NCBI GenBank assembly: GCA_002104905.1
Contig: MCFE01000616.1
Span: 1-52,617, forward strand
Reading direction: 5' to 3'
Length of the DNA stretch: 52,617 nt
Origin: Basidiobolus meristosporus CBS 931.73
Taxonomy: Eukaryota; Fungi; Basidiobolomycota
Positions 1-12,143 of the stretch are shown in pieces (within the stretch, counting starts at the first letter, position 1; the number at the start of each line of letters is the position of its first letter). The position numbers and the translations under genes are program-made. The notes beneath the pieces are model-generated. The model saw only the letters and a program-made list of their open reading frames with translations, ran no database searches and was not told the origin of the DNA.

Positions 1-2133
1 CGGAATCAGTTGCCACTGCTTGTATATCTTAAAAATAGGAGTTATAACAGAATACTTCGTGATTCTACTCCATTTGAAGCATGGTATGGATACAGACAAA
101 TGCAGAACATCTAAGAATATTTGGGTGTACAGCATATGCCAAAAAACTGGCCGGAAATTAGTCAAAATTTGAGCCAAAAGTGTAAAATGCATATTTTTGG
201 GCTACTGCAATGAGAGTAAGGCATACAGACTCTACAATACCAAAGCAAAGAAGCTGATCAAGTCCAGGGATGTGTTGTTTGATGAAAATTCAAAATTTTC
301 ACAAAAAATGATATCAGATGATGACAAAAATTTGATCTCAAGTCCACCAGTTGTCAGGATTGAATCAGAGCAAAACAATGAAAATTTTTTCACTCCAGAG
401 GACTCTACAACCGTGGTTCAGCCAGAATCAGTGCCCAGGAATATCCCAGAAGTGATCATTCCAGTATCAAATGCCCGGAGATCAAATTGTACAAGAAATA
501 GCCCAAATTACTATATCAATGAGGGTACAAACTTAGCCTATGCCTATTCAGTCCATGTTGATGAACGCCAGACTGTAAAAGAGGCCCTAAATAGCCCTCA
601 GACAAGGTTTTGGAGATCTGCAATGACTGAGGAATATCAGGCCCTGATGGAAAATCAAACTTGGGACTTAGTCAAATTACCAATCAACCAAAAATCAATT
701 GGATGCAGATGAGTCTTCAAGACAAAATACAAAGCTGATGGTACAATTGAAAGAAACAAAGCAAGACTTGTAGCCAAAGGATACTCTCAAACACAAGGAC
801 TGGACTATACTGAGACTTTGGACTGGTAGCCAAGTTTAATTCCATCAGATTAATATTGGCTATTGCAGCCAACTATAAGTTTTTTTTTCATCAAATGGAT
901 GTAAAAACTGCATTTTTGAATGGAGAACTTGATGAGGACGTGTATATGGCCCAGCCTGATGGGTTTGCTTACCAAGATAACCCCCATTTGGTCTGCAAGC
1001 TTAAAAAGTCACTATATGGTCTCAAACAATCACCAAGAGCTTGGAATTGCAAGATAGATTCTTATTTGGAATCCTTGAGTTTCAAAAGAAGTAATGCTGG
1101 CTATAGTATATACTATAAGCCAGATAGAGCAAATCCAGTTCTACTAGCTCTATATGTGGATGCTCCTATTATAGCCGCCAATAACCTAGAAACATTGGAA
1201 GAGACTAAATCCAGCCTATACAAGGAGTTCAAGATGTCTGATTTAGGAGAACTTGGTTACTACTTAGGGATTAGGTTCTCCATAGACAGAAGTACCCAGA
1301 CTATTACCCTAAGCCAATCCAAGTATATTCAAGATATACTAAAGAAGTACCAAATGGAAGACTGTAAACCGGCAGCTACCCCAATGGAGACAAACCTCAA
1401 CTTGGTCAAAACTCAGCCAAATCAAGAGAGCTTGGTGCCATCTGAAAGCCCTGACTTTCCTTATCAATCTATGATTGGCAGTCTGATGGATATCATGCTT
1501 GGAACATGTCCAGATATCTCATATTCAGTGGGAGTTGTCAGCCAACATAATCAGAACTATGGATCTGATCATATTGCAGCAGTTAAGCGGATTTTTAGAT
1601 GCCTAAAAGGAACTGCTGATATTTGCTTAAGATACACTTATAAGGACTCAGAACAAGATCTTGTGGGATACTCTGATGCAGATTGGGGACAAAATTTAGA
1701 AGACAGAAGATCCACCATAGGATACACCTTTCTTCACTGTAAAGGAGCAATTTCATGGAATTCAAGAAAGCAACCAACCGTAGCACTTTCCACCACAGAG
1801 GCAGAGTATATGGCAGCCTGTGAAGCTACAAAAGAAGCAATGTGGTTAAGAAAGCTGTTTACAGATTTAGGCCTATGTCAAGAAACGCCTATTACTTTAT
1901 TTCAAGATAATCAAGGATGTATACAATTAGGTAGAAATCCAACTTTTCATGCTAGAACCAAGCACATAGATATTAGACATCATTTCATATGTGAAGCTAT
2001 AGAGAATAACTTAGTTAGCTTAGTTTACTGTCCTACAGATGAAATGATTGCAGACATATTTACCAAACCATTAGCTAGAGACAAGTTTGAATATCTTAGG
2101 TCAAAATTAGGACTAGTCAGTATGGGCATTTAG
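1..2133 (+). mobile_element. Ty1/copia LTR retrotransposon pol remnant (integrase C-terminal region, RT, RNase H); inactivated; 5' part lies outside the window
   Basis: Copia domain order and motifs: [100 protein letters not shown]. Lesions: TGA at 710-712 (conserved Trp), frameshift near 820, catalytic YVDD changed to YVDA. Confidence 0.95.
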
Positions 2134-2144
2134 CTGAGTGGGGG

Positions 2145-2476
2145 TGTTGTAAAAATTTGTATTTCCACCTAAATATTCACCTAACTTAGTCACTTAGATC
2201 ATTACCTTCAAATCCTAGTGAATACTGACCAAATTCCTTGTTGGGATTTACTTAGAATATTTACCCAGAACATGAAAATTCTCAGAGTTGTCCAAACAGC
2301 CCCAAACTTTGCACACATGTTCTTGGGATCTTCCTTAGCCTATTCTACGTGTTTGTAATGCCAAGACCAGGTAAAAGTATAAATACTACTTTTACATTCA
2401 ATAAATCATTAAGTGAAAACCACATAATCTACTTGTTCTCCCAATCACTTCCAATATCTCCAAGACTCTTACAACA
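2145..2476 (+). mobile_element. 3' LTR of the copia element (332 bp), preceded by a polypurine tract
   Basis: PPT GAGTGGGGG at 2136-2144 right after the pol stop; inverted ends TGTTGTAA...TTACAACA; near-identical to the LTR at 43917-44265 apart from a ~17-bp deletion and scattered substitutions. Confidence 0.93.
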
Positions 2477-3640
2477 GCTTGTGCATTGGTCAAAGAGCCA
2501 ATTGGGGGCTGAAAGCTTCAGGATACTTTTGGACCAATTAGCCACTGGGGTACCATCCAATTGGAGTGATGGTAATTAAGATGGTAAGTATCAGTGTAGT
2601 TTATAGTGTGATACGCATTTATTTCCATTTACATTAAAGAAATATATCCAAATACTGGCTTTTACCTACCATAATAGTGGTATTCAATTGCGCACGTGAT
2701 GCAAACATTAGAAGTGGGCGCACTCATTTGTGCCAACCTCATTGCGTCAGATTGTGCCATAGTGTACAAGACTGTCCCATGTGGTGCAAAATTGTCTCAG
2801 AGCAATCCTGCCTACTGGTAGCTACAATATTGCACCCAATTGTTCTTAGAGACCGCAGATTGCACCGCGCACCCTGGCACAGTATGATGGAACCAGCCTA
2901 TTGGCTAAATACCAAAAAGCTCTTTGAAGATATTCAGGAGGTATTCATGCTAGAAGTGATGGCAACCAAGCATATGTTTGCAAGATATATATGTTACCAG
3001 CCGTACAATGTGTATGGCAGCTTTGCAAGTATCACACTCAAAAGCTGTAAAGTTGAGGTAGTAGAAGCTTGTTAATTGTGGCAGGTGTGCACATTTCTAG
3101 AGGTTAGTAAGCAGGAGGCCATAGTTTTTTTAATTCAACTATATGTGGAATACCAAAGGTAGTAGTGGGTAAGCAGATATAGAGGGTGTTTCTACAGAGG
3201 AATATATGAAATGCACAAGGGGAGGTAGAGAAAGGAAACACCATTTGGTAAATTGGTATGGTAGCATTATACAGCACTAGCTGTAGGCTGCCATACTGCC
3301 ATGATAATGCCATCAGAGGCTTGCAAAGAGGCCATCAAAGCACTGCCACATTCTTGGCCATATAAGGCAATTGGATGTACTGGCCAGTTAGATCCACTCA
3401 AATAGTTGTAAAGTGCACTAAGACTGCAACAATGGAATGCCACCCTTGACAAAACATTGTACAACACTGTTATATTTTATTAACTCTATTTGGCTGTAAA
3501 ATTAGCCAAACACCATTATCATCCTGTCACAAAATTGGGTAGATGGTCATTAATTCAAGCTGCTGGTATTATAGTGGTCTCCTGACAAGATCATGATGGC
3601 TGATCTGGATTGTATCCACCTGCAGGACCAAATTATTTTT
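2477..3640. repeat. Unclassified dispersed repeat (probable decayed transposon), left copy
   Basis: Aligns in inverted orientation to 43052-43916 plus 44681-45090 (roughly 75-80% by eye); a more diverged piece lies at ~7540-7720; the minus strand has broken coding-like frames (FECDTCK...SCKHMLGCHHF*HEYLLN). Confidence 0.75.
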
Positions 3641-6499
3641 CATTGGGTAAGTACCTCTACACTGCTACAATAGTTTTACCTCTTTTATTGTTGCACTGTC
3701 TCTACATACCTTGGTCTCATTGGTGATAAGAGTCAGGGGATACCCTTGGCATCCCACCTGAGTTCAGATGCACTGTAAAGTATGTCCATCTTATTTTTTT
3801 AAGTTTTTTGAGAAATCTGAGGTGCAATCTTTTTAACAGTCCTTGCATGATGTTCTTATGGCATCAATATCTTTTAGTCATGAGATTAAATCTTACAATG
3901 GCCTCTTGGCAGGATCATCAAAATTATTTCTCATAAGGAGTAAACACTACAAATAAAGTTGTGGCACCACATACACCTTTATATGCAACATTATTTCCCT
4001 TTGATTTGACTCACTCCCCTATATACCGCCAAAAATGAAGCAAAGCTGTCTAGTTCCCAGTCAAGCCTCACTACATGGGACAGCAGAAGTATGGTTGGGC
4101 AACAGCTTGCTTTGACATCCAATGCAACAAGCAGGACCACATCTTAAGAAGGCTATGCTATCAGTGTGCTCAGTGGAGGTAATAATGCTAACACCTGAGG
4201 CTTTCAGTTAGGTAGGCAATTGATAATCTCTATGGAGTTGTAAGCGGACCATAATGTTGAGGCAGACAGGAATGTAGCAAGCACAGTACCTCTGGGGGAA
4301 AACCAGATAATGACTGTTATAACCTTGCCACCTCCAGTATTAGCAAGTATGTGGTCAGCTTATGCCAAAGCATTGATATGGCAATTAGGTGCAGTAGTTA
4401 TTAGGATAGATACCATTGCCAAGAGAAATCATGGAGTTGTCCAGCAACAGGATGAGTGGATAATACATGTAGGGCAATCAACATTCCAGGCAGAAAATGC
4501 AGTATCCAGGCTGCAAAGAAGGAGTTCAAGTGGCTCAATATCATAGATCAGAGTTGGGCCATTTCTCAATGTAACAGCAGAAGAATGCTGTTCAGTCATT
4601 GAAGCACAACAGCAGTACTAAATGATAAAGCCTGCAGGATATCTACCAGCACAGGAGGGAGAAAATGTAGTGTTTATACCAAAGCCTAAAAATCATAAGA
4701 CATTGAAGATCTGTGAAGTCATTGAGTGCAATGATGAGCACTAAGAAAAAAATCAGGAAAAGGCCAGCAAAATACCATCATAATATTGGCTGAATTCCAA
4801 GTGTCTCAAGTGGACAAATGTCAATATCTGTGTTGTTAGCTGATGGGCAGGCATGGAAATATATTCCCCAGGAGGAGACTAGGCCAACTAGCATCCATAA
4901 CAAATTTTGTAATTAGCTGCCCAATACTTCCATCAAAAATTGCATTTGAAATTTTGAACCAAAAACACCAGCTGAATACCAGCAAATTACTGTCAGAATA
5001 CCAGCTGAAATTCAGATGAATTCCAAGTTTGAGATTTTTCATAGGAGAAGAGTGGGCTAATATTCAAGAGGCTGTTAGAAGTCCAGCACACCAACTCCTT
5101 AATGCAGGCATACAATGGGACTACCAGGAGCTCAAGGCCAAGCAGAATATGCTTGATCTGTTCCATGAGCATTATACTGTATTCAAAGAAGCAAATGGAT
5201 TTGTAGGCCAGCATTGGTATGCTAAGAAAGTATCTCAAAAATAGCAGAAACTATCAATGGCAGAGGTGTAAGGGCACCATGGTGAAACTAGTGGCTTCCT
5301 TGAGTGCCTGTAACAAGCAGGGCCAAAAGCTCCAGACAAGTGTCATAGAGACATCAGGTAGCTGGAAGAGTGCCAATTAGGGACAAGCAGACAGACACAG
5401 ATGCACCAGCACAACCTCTATCAAGGAAAAAAGTGTGATAAAAACCAGCAGCTTCATCAAGAGCCTACCACATGTAGGGCTCAAAGCTCAAAACAAACAG
5501 CAAAGAAACAACAGGTTGCCAGTGGAGTGCTGCTAAGGGACAAGTAGGCAGAAACATATATACTAGTGCAGCATTATCAAGGTGGAAATGTAAAATAATA
5601 CAAAAAAAACTTGGTCAAGGTATCAGTGAAAGATCCATCAGCAACAAAGGTAAAGGGAAGAAAGTCTACTCAAGCCAGAGACAGAGGAGCAAGAGAAAGG
5701 CAACTTGTTTACCACAGCCTCCATGCCTCCCATGATGGATAGAGTAGAGATTCCACTGACAGAAAAAGCAACAATGTCAAGAAATCAGGGGACTATCACA
5801 ATGCCTGTGGTGGAATTTTGGAGGATTAATAACTGCAGCACAAGGTTGCAGCACTTCTTCAATAGGAGTGGTCAAGAAAACTCGATTATTGCAGGGATTT
5901 ATTGCAAAGACTGGTGGATGAGGTGCCAGACCTTACAGTGCCAGCTGAAGACCTGAACATATGGGAACCAGTGAATGAACAATGGCATAAAGCTGTTGGG
6001 TTCCTGTCAAAGTAATGCAAAAGGGTGTTATGTCAGAAACACTTGTTGAGCTATGAATTTTAATGCAGTAACTTGTTGAGTATGAGGTTGGGCTCAATGT
6101 TGGTGTTGGTTATAGGGACTGGTATAGGTCAGTACAACTGGCAATTGAGTTACAATTGGAAATTTTACAGAAAAAAACCATTTGTATGCATGAGAAGTAA
6201 GAGCATTGCTTGAATCAGGAAGTAGGGAGTGTGAAAAAGAGGCAATAGCCAACCAACGCACACAAGCATAGAAGGTGATTCAGTGTCCTGGATCAGAAAG
6301 TGATAGAATTGGCAGAGAACCAATCAATATCCACTTATGTGTTGTTGTGATGAAAGATTTTGGCTGGGTTTTTTGTGAAATCTGGGGTTTGATTTTTTTT
6401 AACAGTCTTTGCTTGGTGTCCTGATAGGATCAGTACCTCTTAGTCATGGTCTTTTAATTTTGTCATGGCCTTTTGAGGTGATCATCACAGTTATTTTTT

Positions 6500-6923
6500 G
6501 CAGGGTACCTTTCTTTACCTTAAAGGAGCAGTTTGATGGAGTTTCAGAATGCAACCAACTAAGGCACTTTCCACACAGAGGCTGCATACATGGTAGCATG
6601 TGAGGCTATTAAACACCCAATGTTGCTAGGAAAGCTCTATGAAGATTTAGGCCACTATGAAAAAACCCCCACTACATTGGCTCAAGATATTCCTGGATTT
6701 ATGCAATCAGGTAAACATCCAATTTTTTCACTATAACCAAGCATGTATATATTAGAGATTCTCTCATATGGGAAGCTATAGAGAGTAGCCTAGCTGACTT
6801 AGTTTACTGTCCTATAGATGAAATGAACTCACATGTTCTCACTCAACCATTGGCTAGGGACAAATTTGAATAGCTTGAATCACAATTAGGCCTAATTAAT
6901 TTGGATATTTAGTTGAGTGGGGG
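6500..6923 (+). mobile_element. Second, older copia RNase H remnant plus PPT
   Basis: Colinear with 1720-2144 (e.g. gcactttccacacagagg, ttagtttactgtccta.agatgaaatga, gagtggggg PPT) but heavily mutated. Confidence 0.85.
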
Positions 6924-7271
6924 TGTGGCAGGATTTTTAATGGCACTTTGATATCCACCAAACTTGGTCACTTGGATCATTGCCAACAGATCTCAGAGAA
7001 CTCTGGCCAAATTATGTTCAGGGATTTACTTGGACAATTTTCACCAAAATATCCGGTACCCTGAGCATTGAAAGCCTCAAAGTTGTCCCAACAGCCCCAA
7101 GCTTTGCACACATGTCCTTGGGATCTTTGTAAGCATATTCTATATGTTTGTTTTGCCAAGACCATGTAAAAGTATATATACCACCACAACATGCAAAAAA
7201 TCATCAAGTGAACACCACATGATCTACTTGTTCTCCCAACCACTTCCAATATCTCCAAGACTCTGACAACA
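6924..7271 (+). mobile_element. Diverged copia 3' LTR of the same family
   Basis: TG start directly after the PPT, ends CAAGACTCTGACAACA; internal blocks match the LTRs at 2145 and 43917. Confidence 0.85.
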
Positions 7272-7435
7272 CCGCAAACCAGCAGCAACCCCAATGGAGA
7301 CAAACCTTAGCTTGGTCCAAAAGTTACCAAACTCAGAGAGCATGGCACCATACGAAATCCCAGACCCCACTTATGAATCTATGGCTGTCAGTTTGATGCA
7401 AATCGTGCTTGGAACATGGCCAGATATTGATTATG
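7272..7435 (+). mobile_element. Copia RT fragment directly after the LTR (probably an older element that received a nested insertion)
   Basis: Matches 1365-1520 (ccaatggagacaaacct...gcttggaacatg.ccagatat); translates METNLSLVQ...ESMAVSLMQIVLGTWPDI. Confidence 0.75.
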
Positions 7436-8305
7436 GTGAGGGTGATGAAACCAGTCTATGTATGCAGAGTGTGTAGACCACCAACAGTACATGGCATGTG
7501 GAAACTTTGCCAGTCTCCCACTGAAAAACCCTTGAGTCCAGGCACCAAAAGTGTATCAATCGCAGCTGGTATGAACATATGTTGAGGTTACTAAGCAGGA
7601 GGCGATAGGGTTTTTGGCTCACACTATATCTGGAATACCCAAGGTAACAGTGGGGAAAGTAAGAAGGGGGAATGGTTTTACGGTGGAACGTATGAATGGT
7701 GCAACAGGAGGTGATAAGGTGCAACGGCGGTTGAAAAATCTGTATGGTGACATCATACAATCCAAGCAGCTGGCCACCACCAAATCATCCAATGGCGATC
7801 AGAAGCCTGGCAAGAGGCTGCCAAGACACCAGGTATGCTCTTTCTGACCTGCAGCACACGAAAACGTTCCCAAAATAGGTTGCCACGAACCCGTCCAAGT
7901 GGGAAGCCCAGTCTGCACCATGGGCAGAAATGAGAACAGTGCAGCGATTTGGCTCCGTTTTTCCGCTAGATCGAAAATGTTACGCGTATCATTGGGTGCA
8001 AGATACGGGAGTGTTCTTGGGTCACATGGCTGGCTCCGGAACACCAGGCAGGCCCAACAAATCCCACTCTTTGTCGTTCAACCTGGGGGATAGCGGCGGT
8101 GGTGTATGGGCGTAGGTAAGGTAAGACTTGGAACTTTATACATCTTATTGTATTGGACTGGATAAATGTATACATACATCATGGAGAACAGGATGGGGGG
8201 AGGATGGGGGGCGGATGATTTCGATGACTACGGGCCAGTGTTTGCGGAGGGGAAGGGGATGGTGGGAATACATACAGTACATATATTGGTGGGGGAGGGG
8301 GATAT

Positions 8306-9916
8306 TTAGGCGGTGGAGGTATCAAGATATGAGGACCGGTTGGGGTGGGCGAAGTTGGTCTGACTCTCGCGGGCGGGGCCGGTGGGGGCGCGGGCGGCCA
8401 TCCCGGTGATCTCCTCGATGCTACGTCCCTTGGTCTCCTTCTGGAAGATCAGGGCGATGAAGAAGGCAACGCCGCAGATGGCGGCGAAGATGAGGAACAC
8501 GTAGCCCTGCATGACGTTCTTCAGCGAGGGGAAGAAGAAGCCGACGAGGAAGTTGCAGAACCAGTTGAGTCCGAGGGAGATGGCGCTCACGGTGGACACG
8601 GCGTGGGTGGGGATCAACTCGGAGATGATCAAGAAGGGGATGGGGCCCATACCGATGGCGAACGACAGGACGAACGCGAACACCCCGACGATCACCATGG
8701 CGGGGATGTCGAGTTGGATGCCCAACAGGAGGATCACGTGGAAGATGGTCATCCCGGCCAGACTGGTGAGAACCAGGATCTTCCGGCCCAGACGGTCGAT
8801 CAGTATGACCGACAGGATGGTGGCCAGCAGGTTGAGCCCGCCGATGCCTACGGTGAGGTACTGGGCGGTGGACTTCCCGTAGATGTCGGTGAAGATGGTG
8901 GTGGAGTAGTACATGACCCCGTTGATCCCGCTCAGCTGCTGCGCGCAACACAGGAAGATGCACATCCACCCGTTGCGACGGATCAGGGGATCTTTGAAGA
9001 GGTACTTGATCCCTTCGCTGGTGGACACCGACCCGGCCGTACGTTTGTACTCCTCGCGCGCGTGGACGATCTCCCGGAGCTCGTTTTTCGTGTCGAAGCC
9101 CTTGCGGATCTTGACCAGGGAGCGCTCGGCGTGGTCGAACTTGTCCTGGGAGATGTAGTAGCGTGGGGTTTCCACCACCATGGGAAGAAGCGCCATCTGC
9201 ACGATGGCGATGATGCCGGTGATGGCAAGGTCGATTCTCCATCCGGGATGGTACGACAGCCCAAGGCCGACCGCCTCCGTCACCAGGATGCCAATCACCA
9301 CCGAGAGCTGGTTGAGCACTCCCATGGCGCCGCGTGACTTGGTGGTGGCGCTCTCGCCGATGTAGGTGGGTAGAACCACCGTTCCAAAGCCGGAACCGAT
9401 GCCGGTGAAGAAGCGACCAACAATCCACATGGCCCGGTGGACGGAGAACCCAAGAAGGATGGCGCCGATGATAAAGTTGACGTTGTTGAACAGGAGCGAG
9501 TTCCGGCGGCCGAACCGGGTTTGGAACCAACCGGCGGAAAGACCGCCCACCGCACCGCCCAATGCATAACTACCCACCGCAAACCCCCACAGCCAGCTGC
9601 CCATGGGGAAGCATGGATAAAACCCGCGATCCTTCACCTCGGGATTCGGGCAGTTGCGAATCGCATCCTCGGGGATGTTGGTCACCGAGGTGTTCCACCC
9701 GTTGTTGAAGGCCACCAGACACGCGATGGCGACGCAGAAAATGCTGTAGGCGGTGTAGGAGGCGTTCAATGAGTCTCGCGGGGAGGTGACTTTGACCTCG
9801 CCCGTGGACCGAAGCGGGTCTCTTGGATAGTCGGCCTGAGCAGTGGTCTGCGGATGAACCGTGGACTGATACGGCTCCGACATGTCTTGGCCTGCCTTGT
9901 TGAATCTGTTGTTCAT
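8306..9916 (-). CDS. MFS sugar porter, GLUT-like hexose transporter; intronless, GC-rich
   Basis: About 12 hydrophobic segments; GRRNSLL, YIGE, ETPRY, QQLSGINGVMYYST.IF, DRLGRK, GPIPF..SEL, ETKGRSIEEI. Start placed at ATG 9916 because a TATA-like element lies ~40 nt upstream; ATG 9883 is an alternative. Confidence 0.93.
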   Translation of the reverse strand: MNNRFNKAGQDMSEPYQSTVHPQTTAQADYPRDPLRSTGEVKVTSPRDSLNASYTAYSIFCVAIACLVAFNNGWNTSVTNIPEDAIRNCPNPEVKDRGFYPCFPMGSWLWGFAVGSYALGGAVGGLSAGWFQTRFGRRNSLLFNNVNFIIGAILLGFSVHRAMWIVGRFFTGIGSGFGTVVLPTYIGESATTKSRGAMGVLNQLSVVIGILVTEAVGLGLSYHPGWRIDLAITGIIAIVQMALLPMVVETPRYYISQDKFDHAERSLVKIRKGFDTKNELREIVHAREEYKRTAGSVSTSEGIKYLFKDPLIRRNGWMCIFLCCAQQLSGINGVMYYSTTIFTDIYGKSTAQYLTVGIGGLNLLATILSVILIDRLGRKILVLTSLAGMTIFHVILLLGIQLDIPAMVIVGVFAFVLSFAIGMGPIPFLIISELIPTHAVSTVSAISLGLNWFCNFLVGFFFPSLKNVMQGYVFLIFAAICGVAFFIALIFQKETKGRSIEEITGMAARAPTGPARESQTNFAHPNRSSYLDTSTA

Positions 9917-10588
9917 TGTGAATGTAGGCGACCGGTGGAGGAGAGGGTTGCTTATATAAATGGGTGAGTCAGTCGCCCTGGGGATTGCTGTCATCATGGC
10001 AGGCCAGATATGGATACCGACTTCTGTGCTTAACTTCCATAAAGCTGACTGTTGGCGATCATGTGGGGAACAAGCGTGCACCATAAATGACGTTCATCGA
10101 TCCAGTCTAAAACCGAGGGTGCAGTTGCTTGGACGATTGGTGCACGTTATCTGGAACTCACTACTTTAACCTCCCATGCGCAACTGGTTTGAACACCGGA
10201 TGCGCCAATCAGAAGCGGCATCACATGTCATAGCATCCGGTCAGTGGTCAGTCGACCCACACGAGCCAATGAGTCGGCTGTCCAAATGAACAAGGCATAT
10301 TGACATCAACCAAGCTTTGGAAAACAAAGTCTAAATTTGAGGTCATCATGATGGATCGAGTTACGCGTGGGAGTGGCAATCGGACTGTGTCACATCCACT
10401 GACGTGAGATTTCATCACTACATAACCAGCGCTGCAGATCGATCAACATTCAATCAATCATCGTTCCAACCGTATCACCGCCACCCTCGCCACCCATGCC
10501 CATGGTTCTAGCCCTCTTCAACAAGTGAACAAACAGGATGAAGGCCTAAAACATGACAGTTTATTGTGAGCTGCAGTCCCATCCACTG

Positions 10589-11898
10589 CTATTCGCCCGT
10601 CTTGACAAACGAATCATCAACGTATGTGACCCAGAACTGCGCGATAACATCGAAGTAATTGGGGGCGAGACAGGTATCGTTGTGGGTCGAGTTGAACTCG
10701 CTGAACGATTTCCCGCCGCTCGTCTTGACCTTTTCATGGAGTGCTTTCATGTGCTGAGGTGGGACAAGCTCATCCCGTTTTCCCGACAGGAACAGGATGG
10801 GTGTCTTGGTAATGCTTTCGATCGCTTTCTCCGAATTCCATTTTTGGTGGCATAAGAAGGCAACGTGACGAAGGAAAGGCATCAAACTTGGGATCAGTTT
10901 TGGCTAGCAGTCAAGAGGGTTAGTCTCGAACACGTGCAGCGGGTGAATGGGTGAATGGATGAGGGTCTTACAAGGCTAAGGAAGGTGTTTTCCAGGATCA
11001 TGGCGTGGATCTAGATGTGTTCGGTGCAAAGATGAGTATTGTTTCCATCGGAATCCCCTTGCGTTTCCCTTACTTTGTCCTCGTTACGTGCCACCAGATC
11101 GATAGCCACCGCCCCACCAATAGACTGGCCAAAGGCAATGATCTTTGTATTCATGAGGAGCGGGTGGTCTGTTATGAAGTCCAACGCTGCCTGAGCATCC
11201 AAACGTAGCCCCTTCTCCCTCGGGGCCCCCTCACTCAAGCCGTACCTTGAGAATCGATGAGTTGGTGGTGTTAGTATCTCCCTTGAAGTGGACGCACCTC
11301 TCTTCTTACCCTCTGTAGGACACCATGAACACATTGCATTTGAACATCTTGTAAAAAATGTGTGCGATAGGAAGTCGGATGGCCCTGCCATTGCAAATAT
11401 CTTAGTCTGGTACAAGACAGCCCCGCAAGGGCGGGTGGGGATACCATTCGCCTACCATGTTCCCTGCATTTGCCTTATCAAAAATGTCAGTAACGCCAGT
11501 CAAGGGGGGAGAGGAAAATGGCCGACTTACATGAAAATAAAGCAAGGTGCAGGCTTTGCTGGTTTGTTCGTCTGTTTCTTGCTTGATGAAGTAAGCCTTG
11601 ATTTTAACGTTATCCCGGGTCCTTAACGAGAGATCCTCGAAATGGGGCATATTATGGTCAGACGGTAAGGCCACCTAAACAGTTCCACCCGGTTACTGAT
11701 GAATGAGATTGAGCACCTTTTGATAAAGCCATCTACCTCAGTTCTAGAATTCTCCGGAAACTCAGCCGGGTATATCAATTTACACTGGAAAGTGTAAATC
11801 AAGCCCAAGCCAAGAAGAACGATGAAGGTGGTGACATAGGAAAGGTAAAGAAGGATCGTGGGGATCGCGTATAGGTAATGTATTATCAGGTAGATCAT
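10589..11898 (-). CDS. Alpha/beta hydrolase, ABHD13/Bem46-like; multi-exon; one apparent +1 indel
   Basis: N-terminal TM then Q.KLIYP; TLLYFHANAGNM; YRGYG.SEG.P.EKGL; nucleophile AFGQSIGGAVAI; PILFLSG.RDELVPP.HM; THNDT. GT-AG introns; an extra base at 11377-11378 breaks GHRLPIA. Confidence 0.85.
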
Positions 11899-12143
11899 GT
11901 TGCAAGTAGCAGCTCGTGTCACAAGGAGAGGGTAGTCGATGAGCCTAGTGCTTATACAAATCAACCTCACAACATCCCACCTCAAGAGTTAAACACCAAT
12001 AAATATTTTGTGTATAATACACACCTTGGGATCAACGCAGTCATTTTGAGTAATTTATTTCAATTTTTAACACAACAAAGCAATAACAATACGCATTTTT
12101 TGATACATTCATAGTGACATATGTATGGTCATACTTTCTCTAG

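Noticed and set aside
3640-6500. DIRS or gypsy RT/RNase H hints (MDAS, CHINALA) in the CpG-poor block
   Set aside because: Motifs are short, wrongly spaced and in broken frames; probably old TE debris but not classifiable by eye.
8345-9530. 330-aa + strand and 369-aa alternative-frame ORFs over the sugar transporter (likewise 21548-22426 over the oxidase)
   Set aside because: Stop-poor shadows of GC3-rich genes.
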